Source: Asterias rubens (taxonomy: Eukaryota). From it: a DNA stretch of 64,000 nt. Below are positions 62,971-64,000 of this stretch, piece by piece. The stretch covers positions 124,001 to 188,000 of the forward strand of contig NC_047073.1 of NCBI RefSeq assembly GCF_902459465.1. The letters are read 5' to 3'. The notes under the pieces are model-generated. The model ran no database searches. It worked only from the letters and a program-made list of their open reading frames with translations, and was not told the DNA's origin. The translations under genes were made by a program, and so were the position numbers. The first letter of the stretch is position 1; each line of letters opens with the position of its first letter.

Positions 62971-63518
62971 TAGTATTGGAGTATGAAGATTCAATACTGG
63001 AAACAATAAGGACCAAGTGAGTACAAATCCACAATATTTCTAGTGTTGATACTTTCAAGATATAGTTTGAAAACTGCCTTGTCTGATGTCGCTTATATGT
63101 AATTGTTCTATGTCAAATTTTGTTTTGCTGTGTGTGGTTTTCCCTCTCGTGCGCCTTGAGCAACTTAATTTGATGGATTTTGGCGCCTTATAAATATTCT
63201 TTATTATTATTATTATTACAAGTGAATCTCTAGATTCAAATTCATTTAGATTAGTCATCTAGAAAGGCACTTCAAACCCAGATTGAATATTATACGTCAT
63301 AAACATAAAGTGACTGAGCAGTGTAAGTTGAAATGTGTCAAACTTTTATGAATCATTTGCTGAAGTCTAAGAATTTGACATCATAATTGGATTTGCAATT
63401 GCCTCCATAGGGACCTGCCGAGAGGGAGTGTGTATTGAACAGGTGCTTGCATTATCTAAATGATCTGGAGTTAACGGTGTTCACTCTGTATGAAACAAGC
63501 TGTCATGAAACAGCTGGA

Positions 63519-63790
63519 AGTGTCGTGGCCTAGCAGTTAAGTGCACCGAATTAAAACTTTGGTGTTTTTTAAGGATGAAACTATAAATAAGTAGTAAACT
63601 TGCTGGTGCAACCATGTGTAAATCTCTTTTGTGTGAGTGTTGGCTCTGAAAAGAGCCGGGTGTGGTCTCGACGTTCCGAACAGTATACTCTGCTCGTCTT
63701 CGAGAAAAACTGGTGTTACTGATCAGCAGAGTGTAGGTTTGAGTCCCAGTCGTGACAATTGTGTCCTTCAGCAAGACACTTGGTTCTTTT
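63519..63790 (+). mobile_element. tRNA-derived SINE interrupted by a Penelope-like fragment (63567-63710)
   Basis: SINE head gtgtcgtggcctagcag..; TGGTGTT duplicated at 63560-66 and 63711-17; the SINE resumes with B-box-like ggtttgagtccc and gtgtccttcagcaagacactt. Confidence 0.65.
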
Positions 63791-64000
63791 ACATGCGTTA
63801 CACAACACAAGTGACCAACTGCTTAACGTCCCCATCCAAAGGACGAAGCAATGACATAAGGACACAAGGGTCACGACTACCGAACCAACATTCCCTGGCA
63901 CAGATCATAGCTTTAGTTCAATGGTGGTGCTCTTAACTGCTTGACCACTGGTGGATAGTGGAATGTTTTATATCTCGTTATCTAAAAGTGGGTCTAGATG

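Noticed and set aside
63310-63320. ARE consensus GTGACTGAGCA
   Set aside because: The loose RTGACnnnGC pattern is expected several times by chance in 64 kb and has no supporting context here.

Overview
AT-rich, intron-rich animal genomic DNA, probably an invertebrate deuterostome such as a sea star (inferred from gene structure and repeat style, not proven). I assembled four protein-coding genes by hand from splice sites and reading phase. (1) The 3' end of a SARA/endofin gene (ZFYVE9/16 family, + strand, stop at 4989). (2) A complete eIF2B-beta gene (EIF2B2, - strand, 11 coding exons, 350 aa). (3) A complete KEAP1 orthologue (+ strand, 4 coding exons, 600 aa), head-to-head with EIF2B2 across about 1 kb. 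(4) The 3' end of an unidentified - strand gene (stop at 50470). The rest is dense in TTAA-flanked Kolobok/T2-like MITEs, CWG-flanked Harbinger-like MITEs, a 6-bp-TSD MITE family, an internally deleted Tc1, LINE 3' ends, tRNA-derived SINEs and many minisatellites. The most notable observations are these. The EIF2B2-KEAP1 divergent pair has uORFs next to both start codons and an ARE-like site in KEAP1 intron 1. Several tandem arrays amplify splice donors, acceptor-like sites, a branch-point region, a stop codon or a transposon terminus. Two decayed Penelope-type minimal hammerhead ribozyme motifs are present. There are candidate spliced non-coding transcripts at 40-46 kb. No CRISPR, rRNA or intact tRNA gene was found. 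All long ORFs other than the exons above come from tandem repeats. All homology calls rest on recalled sequences, not database searches.
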